Shown in pieces: positions 13,301 to 25,300 of a stretch of 64,000 nt of DNA (position 1 is its first letter; every line of letters begins with the position of its first letter). A program made the translations under genes and the position numbers. The notes beneath the pieces were generated by a model that saw only the letters and a program-made list of their open reading frames with translations, was not told the origin of the DNA and did no database searches. Origin of the DNA: Squalus acanthias (lineage: Eukaryota). The stretch is taken from NCBI GenBank assembly GCA_030390025.1, contig JASTWF010000330.1, positions 248,001 to 312,000 on the forward strand, read 5' to 3'.

Positions 13301-16300
13301 ACTCCCCTCAGTCTCCTCATTCCCCTCCCCTCAGTCTCCTCAATCCACTCCCCACCATCTCCTCATCCCACACACCTCAGTCTCCTCTTCCCACTCCCCT
13401 CAGTCTCCTCTTCCCACTCCCCTCAGTCTCCTCATCCCACTCCCCTCAGTCTCCTCATCCCACTCCCCTCAGACCCCTCATCCCACTCCCCCACTCTCCT
13501 CCTCCCACTCCCCTCACTCACTGCATCCCTCTCCCCTCAGATGGAGCCTGAATGATTCTCAGTGACTCAGCTTTTCAGGAGTCACATTGCCTGAACAGCC
13601 TGTATAGACGGCGCACCACAAGACCGATACCTGAGGCTGCAGACCCCGCTGGGATAGTGGATGAATCGTCAGTGGCTTCTTGATTCGGTGGTTGCTCGTG
13701 TTCCTGAGATGTGGATGTCTCTGGATCTGTAATAAAGTGAGAGACACATGGGAGAGTGGAGGAGTGAAGAACAGCAGATCAGATCACTAGGCTGGTACTG
13801 GAGTACAGAGTGTGTCTGACACCAGTCTTTATATAAACCAGAATACTCCAATCCTATTCCCCGTGACATGGGAGAGTGGAGGATTGAAGAACAGCACATC
13901 AGATCACCAGTCTGGTACTGGAGTACAGAGTGTGTCTGACACCAGTCTTTATATTAACCAGAATACTCCAATCCCATTCCCCGTCACCTGTAAAGCCTGT
14001 AGAGGGAGCCTGCGGTGCCCAGCACTAGACTTTGGGCGAGGCGCGCCCGTGGGTGCTGGAGAGCCGCTGGGTCGTGCGTAAACATCTTGGGGCGTTTTAC
14101 TACATTGAAGGCGCTATATAAATTCAAGATGTTGTTTTTGTTGTTGCTGCAGCTCTGTACTTGGGGCCTCTCGCGATCCGTGGGCACTGCAGGGAACAGA
14201 GTGTCCGATAGAGACTGAGAACAGCGTCTGATTCAGTTCCCTATAGCTTAGGCGAAAAGTAAAGTTCGTGTTTCAGATCCTTCACTCATTACACAAAGGA
14301 GGGGCACGTGTAACTGTGTTATTTCTGTTGATGACACGGGACATCCCAGAGTCACCCCTCTTGGTCAGTTATAAACAGACACGTACCTGTGCAATAAGCA
14401 TAGTTGTACCAGCGTGTGGGCTTCAACTCATAAACAAAGTAACTGGAGCAGTTTTTGACCTTTATCTCCCGGGACCAGTGGCAGGAACTTTCAAACCAGT
14501 GAAAACAAACTGTCCTCGTCACTTCACCCTGTACCACGGTGGGATGAGCTCCTGAAATGAGGTTTGTAAATATTGAAGAATGCAAACACAGTGAACAGTG
14601 CGGAACAGTGTATGTGAATCAGGTATTATAAAGTCTGAAAGTACCGTTTAACCAGCCTGGAGCGTTTGTGGAGCAGTGCATCTCTGGGACATCCGTCTCG
14701 GGAATCTTCCATCCACCAGAACTGAAACAAAAATCACAGAGTCAGACCCTGAGCTGATGAACCTTATTAACTGACAGAAAGACTGGGACCGGCAGAGAGT
14801 AACAGAAACTGGGGCCCATCCTTTATACTCTGTCCCCATTCTATATTCCCCTCTATCCCAGGTATCTCCCTTTACTCTCTTTCCATGCTCTATATTCCCC
14901 TCTATCCCGGGTATCTCCCTTTATTCTCTGTATCCGTTCTGTATATCCCCTCTATCCCGGGTATCTCCCTTTACTCTCTGTCCCGGTTCTATATTCCCCT
15001 CTATCCCGGGTATCTCCCTTTACTCTCTGTCGCTGTTCTATATAGCCCTCTATCCCAGGTATCTCCCTTTACTCTCTGTCCCCATTCTATATTCCCCTCT
15101 ATCCCGGGTATCTCCCTTTACTCTCTGTCCCCGTTCTATGTTCCCCTCTATCCCGGGTATCTCCCTTTACACTCTGTCCTCGTTCTATATTCCCCTCTAT
15201 TCCGGGTATCTCCCATTACTCTCTGTCCCCGTTCTATATTCTCCTCTATCCCGGGAATCTCCCTTTACTCTCTGTCCCCGTTCTATATTCCCTCTTTCCC
15301 GGGTATCTCCCTTTACTCTCTTTCCACGTACTATATTCCCTCTATCCCGGGTATCTCCCTTTACTCTCTGTCCCCGTTCTATATTCCCCTCTATCCCAGG
15401 TATCTCCCTTTACTCTCTGTCCCCGTTCTATATTCCCCTCTATCCCGGGTATCTCCCTTTACTCTCTGTCCCCGTTCTATATTCCCATCTATCCCGGGTA
15501 TCTCCCTTTACTCTCTGTCCCCGTTCTATATTCCCCTCTATCCTGGGTATCTTCCTTTACTCTCTATTTCCGATCTATATTCCCCTCTATCCCGGGTATC
15601 TCCCCTTTACTCCCTGTCCCCGTTCTATATTCCCCTCAATCCCGGGTATCTCCCTTTACTCTCTGTCCCCGTTCTATATTCCCCTCTATCCCGGGAATCT
15701 CCCTTTACTCTCTGTCCCCGTTCTATATTCCCCTCTATCCCGGGTATCGCCCTTTACTCTCTGTCCCCGTTCTATATTCCCTCTATCCCGGGTATCTCCC
15801 TTTACTCTCTGTCCTCGTTCTATATTCCCCTCTATCCCGGGTATCTCCCTTTACACTCTGTCCCCGTTCTATATTCCCTTCTATCCCAGGTATCTCCCTT
15901 TACTCTGTGTCCCCGTTCTATATTCCCCTCTATCCCGGGTAACTCCTTCACTCTCTGTCCTCGTTCTATATTCCCCTCTATCCCGGGTATCTCTCTTTAT
16001 TCTCCGTCCATGTTCTATATTCCCCTCTATCCCGTGTATCTCTCTTTATTCTCCGTCCATGTTCTATATTCCCCTCTATCCCGGGTATCTCCCTTTACTC
16101 TCTGTCCCCGTTCTTTATTCCCCTCAATCCCGGGTATCTCCATTTACTCTCTGTCCCTGTTCTATATTCCCTTCTCTCCCGGTTATCTCCCATTACTCTC
16201 TGTCCCCGTTCTATATTCCCCTCTATCCCAGGTATCTCCCTTTACTCTCTGTCCCCGTTCTATATTCCCCTCTATCCCGGGTATCTCCCTTTACTCTCTG

Positions 16301-19300
16301 TCCCCGTTCTATATTCCCCTCTATCCCGGGTAACTCCCTTTACTCTCTGTCCCCGTTCTATATTCCCCTCTATCCTGGGTATCTCCCTTTACTCTCTGTC
16401 CCCGTTCTATATTCCTCTCTATCCCGGGTATCTCCCTTTACTCTCTGTCCCCGTTCTATATTTCCCTCTAACCCGGGTATCTCCCTTTACTCGCTGTCCC
16501 CGTTCGATATTCCCCTCTATCCCGGGTAACTCCCTTTACTCTCTGTCCCCGTTCTATATTCCCCTCTATCCCGGGTATCTTCCTTTACTCTCTGTCCCCG
16601 TTCTATATTTCCCTCTAACCCGGGTATCTCCCTTTACTCTCTGTCCCTGTTCTATATTCCCCTCTATCCCGGGAATCTCCCTTTACTCTCTGTCTCCGTT
16701 CTATATTCCCCTCGATCCTGGGTATCTCCCTTTACTCTCTGTCCCTGTTCTATATTCCCCTCTATCCCGGGAATCTCCCTTTACTCTCTGTCTCCGTTCT
16801 ATATTCCCCTCTATCCCGGGTAACTCCCTTTACTCTCTGTCCCCGTTCTATATTTCCCTCTAACCCGGGTATCTCCCTTTACTCTCTGTCCCTGTTCTAT
16901 ATTTCCCTCTATCCGGGTATCTCCCTTTACTCTCTGTCCCCGTTCTAAATTCCCCTCTATCCCGCGTATCTCCCTTTTCTCTCTGTCCCCGTTCTATATT
17001 CCCCTCCATCCCGGGTATCTCCCTTTACTCTCTATCCTCATTCTATATTCCCCTCTATCCCGGGTATCTCCCTTTACACTCTGTCCCCGTTCTATATTCC
17101 CTTCTATCCCAGGTATCTCCCTTTACTCTGTGTCCCCGTTCTATATTCCCCTCTATCCCGGGTAACTCCTTCACTCTCTGTCCTCGTTCTATATTCCCCT
17201 CTATCCCGGGTATCTCCCATTACTCTCTGTCCCCGTTCTATCTTCCCCTCTATCCCGGGTATCTCCCTTTACTCTCTGTCCCCGTTCTATCTTCCCCTCT
17301 ATCCCGGGTATCATCTTCACTCTCTGTCCTCGTTCTATATTCCCCTCTATCCTGGGTATCCAACTTTACTCTCTGTCCCCGTTCTATATTCCCCTCTATC
17401 CCGGGTATCTCCCTTTACTCTCTGTCCCCGTTCTATATTCCCTCTTTCCCGGGTATCTCCCTTTACTCTCTGTCCACGTACTATATTCCCTCTATCCCGG
17501 GTATCTCCCTTTACTCTCTGTCCCCGTTCTATCTTCCACTCTATCCCGGGTAACTCTCTTTACTCTCTGTCCCCGTTCTACATTCCCCTATATCCCGGGT
17601 ATCTCCCTTTACTCTCTGTCCCGTTCTATATTCCCCTCTATCCCGGGTATCTCCCTTTACTCTCTGTTCCCGTTCTATATTCCCTCTATCCCGGGTATCT
17701 CCCTTTACTCTCTGTTCCCGTTCTATATTCCCCCTATCCAGTGTTTCCCCCTTTACTCTCTGTGTTTCTCTCTTGTAGAGTCCGATTGTTCCCCTTTCCC
17801 TGTATCCAATCCCTGCCACATTCCTCTGATTGATAATCCCGGTCTCCCAGCAGTTTCCATTCTTGCACTCACACCTGGTTCTATTTTTTACATTTACTCC
17901 TCACGTATCAACTAGTTTATCTCTAATTTTCCCTTTACATTACCTTTGAAATCTGTACCATCCGTAGTCAAGATTCTTATCACTCATCAGCTCGCCAGAG
18001 CATTGCGTCCCACTGCAATCCGTGCTCCTCCAGGACTGGTCCAGGACTGTGTGATTTACACACGGGTCAGTGAGTGCGGAGCCTGCGACTGAGTGACAGA
18101 AAGATGGTTAATGTTGGCTTCTACCCCCCGGAAGTACCAATAAACTCAGGTTCACTCTCCACCCTGCTAGAAAATTCCCCAAGTTAAAGTTGGACACATT
18201 CCTCCTTCTCTAAACCAGGTGAGAGATATTCTGGGGTATCTCAGTCCCCAGGTGAACACTGAGTGCAGATGGTGAGGGACACTCGATGGGCAGTGAGAGA
18301 TATCACGGGGTATCTCAGTCCCCAGGTGAACACTGAGTGCAGATGGTGAGGGACACTTGATGGGCAGTGAGAGATATCACGGGGTATCTCAGTCCCCAGG
18401 TGAACATTGAGTGCAGATGGTGAGGGACACTCGATCGTCAGTGAGAGATATCATGGGGTATCTCAGTCCCCAGGTGAACACTGAGTGCAGATGGTGAGGG
18501 ACACTCGATGGTCAGTGAGAGATATCATGGGGTATCTCAGTCCCCAGGTGAACACTGAGAGCAGATGGTGAGGGACACTCGATGGTCAGTGAGAGATATC
18601 ATGGGGTATCTCAGTCCCCAGGTGAACACTGAGTGCAGATGGTGAGGGACACTCGATGGTCAGTGAGAGATATCATGGGGTATCACAGTCCCCAGGTGAA
18701 CACTGAGTGCAGATGGCGAGGGACACTCGATCGTCAGTGAGAGATATCATGGGGTATCTCAGTCCCCAGGTGAACACTCAGTGCAGATGGTGAGGGACAC
18801 TCGATTTTCAGTGTGAAATTGTTTGAAAACACAACTTCAGATTCCACGTTTATGCCGATGACACCCAGCTCTACATAAATTTCTGCAACTTAAAATATTG
18901 AGAAGACCAAAGCCATTGTCTTCGGTCCCCGCCACAAGCTCCATCCCTCTTCCTGGCCACTGTGTGAGACTGCAAATGGCTGTTCGCAACCTGGTGTCCT
19001 ATTTGTCCCTGAGATGAGCTTCTGGACCCATATCCTCTCCCTCACTGACAACACCTACTTCTACCTCCGTAATATCTCCCGTCTCTGCTCCTGCCTCAGC
19101 TCATCTGCTGCTGAAACCCTCATCCGTGCCTTTCCTATCTCTAGACTGGATTATTCCAATACACTGCTGTCTGGCCTCCCATCATCCACACTCCATAAAC
19201 TTGAGGTCATCCAAAACTCTGCTGCCTGTGTCCTCACTCTCACCAAGTCCCGTTCACCCATCACCTTTGTGCTCGCTGACCTACACTGGCTCCCGGTCTG

Positions 19301-22300
19301 ACAATGCCTCCATTTTACAATTCTCATCCCTCAACGGTCTCGCCCCTCCCTCGCAATGTAACCTCCTCCAGCACTACAACCCTTCGAGATCTCTGCGCCC
19401 CTCCAATTCTGGCCTCTTGCGCCTACTCGATCTCATTCACACCACCATTGGCGGCTGTGCCTTCAGCTGCCTGGGCCCTAAGCTCTGGAATTCCCTCCCT
19501 AAACCTCTCCGCCTCTCTCTCCTCCATTAAGACGCTCCTTCAAACCAAAATCACACCTGTCCAAACATCACCGAATGTGGCGCGGCGTCAAATTTTCTAT
19601 CTGATTCCTCTCCTGTGATGTGCCTTGGGACGTTTTACTATGTTAAAGACATTTATAAAATGCAACATGTCGCTGTTGCTGTTCTTGCAATGCACGCCCC
19701 TCAGTCACTGCATCCCAATCCCCTAAAACACAACAAGCCACGCCCCTCAGCCGCTGCATCCCAATCCCCTAAAATACAATAACAAGCCACGCCCCTCAGT
19801 CATGCATTGCTGCCCCTGGTCACCTCAGCCCACAACCCACAGTGTGCCCTGGAGACTGAGCGTGCGGTGCCCAGCGCTACACTCGGGGTGAATCGCGACC
19901 CACGGGCACTGCACGGTGCAGCGTGTTCAACAGACACGGAGAACACAGCCTGATTCAGTTCCCTATAGTTCTGGTGAAAATAAACTAAATGCTTCAGTTC
20001 TTTCATTCCTTGTGCCCCTTGCACAAAGGAGGGGCGCGTGTAACTTTGTTATTTCTGTTGATGAAATGGGACATCCCAGAGTCACCCCTCTGGGTCAGTT
20101 ATAAACAGCCACGTACCTGTGCAATAAGCATAGTGACACCAGCGTGTCGGCTTCAACTCATAAACAAAGTAACTGGAGCAGTTTTTGACCTTTATCTCCC
20201 GGGACCAGTGGCAGGATTTTCAAACCAGTGAAAACAAACTGTCCTCGTCACTTCACCCTGTCCCACGGTGGGATGAGCTCCTGAAATGAGGTTTGTAAAT
20301 ATTGAAGAATGTAACCGATGTGAACAGTGCGGGACAGTGAATGTAAATCTGATATTATAAAATCTGAAAGTACCCTTTAACCAGCCTGGATATTTTGTGC
20401 AGCAGTGATGGATTGGGACAACAGTCTCCGGAATCTTCCATCCACCAGAACTGAAACAACAATCACAGAGTCAGCCCCTGAACTGATGGACCTTATTAAC
20501 TGATAGAAAGACTGGGACCGGCAGAGAGTAACAGAAACTGGGGCCCGTCCTTTACTCTCTGTCCCCGTTCTATAATCACCTCTATCCCGGGTATCTCCCT
20601 TTACACTCTGTCCCCATTCTATATCCCCTCTATCCTGGCATCTCCCTTTACTCTCTGTCCCCGTTCTATAATCACCTCTATCCCGGGTATCTCCCTTTAC
20701 TCTCTTTCCATGCTCTATATTCCCCTCTATCCCGGGTATCTCCCTTTATTCTCTGTATCCGTTCTGTATATCCCCTCTATCCCGGGTATCTCCCTTTACT
20801 CTCTGTCCCGGTTCTATATTCCCCTCAATCCCGGGTATCTCCCTTTACTCTCTGTCCCCGTTCTATATTCCCCTCTATCCCGGGTATCTCCCTTTACTCT
20901 CTGTCCCCGTTCTATATTCCCCTCTATCCCGGGTATCTCCCTTTACTCTCTGTCCCCGTTCTATATTCCCCTCTATCCCGGGTATCTCCCTTTACTCTCT
21001 GTCCCCGTTCTATATTCCCCTCTATCCCAGGTATCTCCCTTTACTCTCTGTCCCCGTTCTATATTCCCCTCTATCCCGGGTATCTCCCTTTACTCTCTGT
21101 CCCCGTTCTATATTCCCCTCTATCCCGGGTATCTCCCTTTACTCTCTGTCCCCGTTCTATATTCCCCTCTATCCCGGGTATCTCCCTTTACTCTCTGTCC
21201 CCGTTCTATATTCCCCTCTATCCCGGGTATCTCCCTTTACTCTCTGTCTCCGTTCTATATTCCCCTCTATCCCGGGTATCTCCCTTTACTCTCTGTCCCC
21301 GTTCTATATTCCTCTCTTTCCCGGGTATCTTCCTTTACTCTCTGTCCCCGTTCTATATTCCCCTCTATCCCGGGTATCTCCCTTTACTCTCTGTCCCCGT
21401 TCTATATTCCTCTCTTTCCCGGGTATCTTCCTTTACTCTCTGTCCCCGTTCTATATTCCCCTCTGTCCCGGGTATCTCCCTTTACTCTCTGTCCCCGTTC
21501 TATATTCCTCTCTTTCCCGGGTATCTTCCTTTACTCTCTGTCCCCGTTCTATATTCCCCTCTGTCCCGGGTATCTCCCTTTACTCTCTGTCCCCGTTCTA
21601 TATTCCCCTCTGTCCCGGGTATCTCCCTTTACTCTCTGTCCCCGTTCTATATTCCTCTCTTTCCCGGGTATCTTCCTTTACTCTCTGTCTCCGTTCTATA
21701 TTCCCTCTATCCCGGGTATCTGCCTTTACTCTCTGTCCCCATTCTATATTCCCCACTATCCCGGGTATCTCCCTTTACTCTCTGTCTCCGTTCTATATAC
21801 CCCTCTATCCTGGGTATCTCCCTTTACTCTCTGTCCCCGTTCTATATTCCCCTCTATCCCGGGTATCTCCTTTTACTCTCTGTCCCCGTTCTATATTGCT
21901 CCTCTATCCTGGGTATCTCCCTTTACTCTCTGTCCCTGTCCTATATTCGCCTCTATCCCGGGTATCTCCTTCACTCTCTGTCCTCGTTCTATATTCCCAT
22001 CTATCCCGGGTATCTTCCTTTACTCTCTGTCCCCGTTCTATATTGCTCCTCTATCCCGGGTATCTCCCTTTACTCACTGTCCCTGTTCTATATTCCCCTC
22101 TATCCCGGGTATCTCCCTTTACTCTCTGTCCCCGTTCTATATTCCCCTCTATCCCGGGTATCTCCTTCACTCTCTGTCCTCGTTCTATATTCCCCTCTAT
22201 TCCTGGTATCACCCTTTACTCTCTGTACCCGTTTTATATTCCCCTCTATCCCGGGTAACTCCCTTTACTCTCTGTCCACGTTCAATATTCCCCTCTATCC

Positions 22301-25300
22301 TGGGTATGTCCCTTTACTCTCTGTCTCCGTTCTATATTCCCCTCTATCCCGGGTAACTCTCTTTACTCTCTGTCCCCGTTCTACATTCCCCTCTATCCCG
22401 GGTATCTCCCTCTATTCTCTGTCCCTGTTCTATATACTCCTCTATCCCGGGTATCTCCCTTTACTCTCTGTCCCCGTTCTATATTCCCCTCTATCCCGGG
22501 TAACTCTCTTTACTCTCTGTCCCCGTTCTACATTCCCCTCTATCCCGGGTATCTCCCTCTATTCTCTGTCCCTGTTCTATATTGCCCTGTATCCAGTGTT
22601 TCCCCCTTTAATCTCTGTGTTTCTCTCTGTAGAGTGCGATTGTTCCCCTTTCCCTGTATCTACTCCCTGCCAATTTACTCTGATTGATAATCCCGGTCTC
22701 CCAGCAGTTACCATTCTTGCACTCACACCTGGTTCTATTTTTTACATTTACTCCTCACGTATCAACTAGTTTATCTCTAATTTTCCCTTTACATTACCTC
22801 TGAAATCTGTACCATCCGTAGTCAAGATTGTTATCACACTTCCACTGGCGGTAGCATTGAGTCCCACTGCAATCCGTGCTCCTCCAGGACTGGTCCAGGA
22901 CTGTGTGCTTTACACACGGGTCAGTGAGTGCGGAGCCTGCGACTGAGTGACAGAAAGGTGGTTAGTGTTGGCTTCTACCCCCCGGAAGTACCAATAAACT
23001 CAGGTTCACTCTCCACCCTGCTAGAAAATTCCCCAAGTTAAAGTTGGACACATTCCTCCTTCACTAAACCAGGTGAGAGATATCACGAGGTATCTCATTC
23101 CCCAGGTGAACACTGAGTGCAGATGGTGAGGGACACTCGATGGTCAGTGAGAGATATCACGGGGTAGCTCAGTCCCCAGGTGAACACTGAGTGCAGATGG
23201 TGAGGGACACACGATGGTGAGTGAGAGATATCATGAGGTATCTCAGTCCCCAGGTGAACACTGAGTACAGATGGTGGGGGACACTCGATGGTCAGTGAGA
23301 GATATTCTGGGGTATCTCAGTCCCCAGGTGAACACTGAGTACAGATTGTGGGGGACACTCGATGGTCAGTGAGAGATATCATGCGGTAACTCAGTCCCCA
23401 GGTGAACACTGAGTACAGATGGTGGGGACACTCGATGGTCAGTGAGAGATATCATGGGGTATCTCAGTCGCCAGGTGAACATTGAGTGCAGATGGTGGGG
23501 ACACTCGGTGGTCAGTGAGAGATATCATGGGGTATCTCAGTCCCCAGGTGAACACTGAGTACAGATTGTGGGGGACACTCGATGGTCAGTGAGAGATATC
23601 ATGGGGTATCTCAGTCGCCAGGTGAACATTGAGTGCAGATGGTGGGGACACTCGGTGGTCAGTGAGAGATATCATGGGGTATCTCAGTCCCCAGGTGAAC
23701 ACTGAGTACAGATGGTGGGGACTCTCGATGGTCAGTGAGAGATATCATGGGGTATCTGAGTCCCCAGGTGAACACTGAGTGCAGATGGTGGGGACACTCG
23801 ATGGTCAGTGAGAGATATCACGAGGTATCTCAGTCCCCAGGTGAACACTGAGTACAGATTGTGGGGGACACTCGATGGTCAGTGAGAGATATCATGGGGT
23901 ATCTCAGTCCCCAGGTGAACATTGAGTGCAGATGGTGGGGACACTCGGTGGTCAGTGAGAGATATCATGGGGTATCTCAGTCCCCAGGTGAACATTGAGT
24001 GCAGATGGTGGGGACACTCGGTGGTCAGTGAGAGATATCATGGGGTATCTCAGGCCCCAGATGAACACTCAGTGCAGAAGGTTTGTCACGCTATGTTCAA
24101 TGAGAAATATCATGAGCTTTTGTCCGAAATGTCAGACTTCAGGAGGACTTAGGCAGACTGGTGAAATGTGCAGACACCTGGCAGATGAAATTTAACACAG
24201 AGAAATGTGAAGTGATGCATTTTGGAAGGAAGAGTCAGGAGAGACATTAAAAACCAAATGAAACAATTTTAAAGGGGTTGGATGAACAGGGAGACCTGTG
24301 GGTGAACGTACACAAGTCTTTAAATGTGGCATGACAAGTTCATGAAGCTATTTAGCACATGGGATCCTGGGCAAACACACGGAACAGCCATGGGGACCAA
24401 ATTCGCACCCCAATACGCCAACATCTTCATGCACAAGTTCGAGCAAGACTTCTTCACTGCACAGGACCTCCAGCCAACGCTGTACACCAAATACATCGAC
24501 GACATTTTCTTCCTTTGGACCCATGGCGAAGGATCACTGAAAAGACTACACGATAACATAAACAAGTTCCATCCCACCATCAAACTCACCATGGACTACT
24601 CCTCAGAATCGGTTTCATTCCTGGACACACGAATCTCCATCAAAGACGGACACCTCAGCACTTCACTCTACCGCAAGCCCACGGACAACCTCACGATGCT
24701 CCACTTCTCCAGCTTCCACCCTAACCAGGTTAAAGAAGCCATCCCCTATGGACAAGCCCTGCGAATACACAGGATCTGCTCAGACGAGGAGGAACGCAAT
24801 GGACACCTACGGACGCTGAAAAATGCCCTCGTAAGAACGGGATATGACGCTCGACTCATCGATCGACAGTTCCGACGGGCCACAGCGAAAAATCGCATAG
24901 ACCTCCTCAGAAGGCAAACACGGGACACAACCAACAGGGTACCCTACGTCGTCCAGTACTTCCCCGGAGCGGAGAAACTACGCCATGTTCTTTGCAGCCT
25001 TCAACATGTCATCGATGACGACAAACACCTCGCTAAGGCCATCCCCACGCCTCCACTACTTGCCTTCAAACAGCCGCCTAACCTCAGAAGTACCATCGTT
25101 CGCAGCAAATTACCCTAGCTTTCAGGATAACAGCGACCACGACACCACACAACCCTGCCACGGCAAACTCTGCAAGACATGCCAGATCATCAACACAGAT
25201 ACCATCATCACACGTGAGGACACTACCCACCAGGTACATGGTACATACTCATGTGACTCGGCCAACTTTGTCTACCTCATAAGTTGCAGGAAAGAATGCA

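Larger units (their letters stand above)
1..13540. repeat. Higher-order repeat built from two 23-bp minisatellite variants (cagtctcctcatcccactcccct and caggaactgcgtcccactcccct) plus a ~280-bp exon-bearing block
   Basis: Blocks at about 1150-1430, 3140-3420, 5845-6125, 7612-7890, 8962-9240 and 11010-11290. Each is followed on the plus strand by caggaac-type units and then cagtctc-type units. Confidence 0.95.

Noticed and set aside
14885..22356. 460-550 aa YIPLYPGYLP-repeat ORFs
   Set aside because: A 49-bp minisatellite read through in several frames, lying inside introns of the minus-strand gene.
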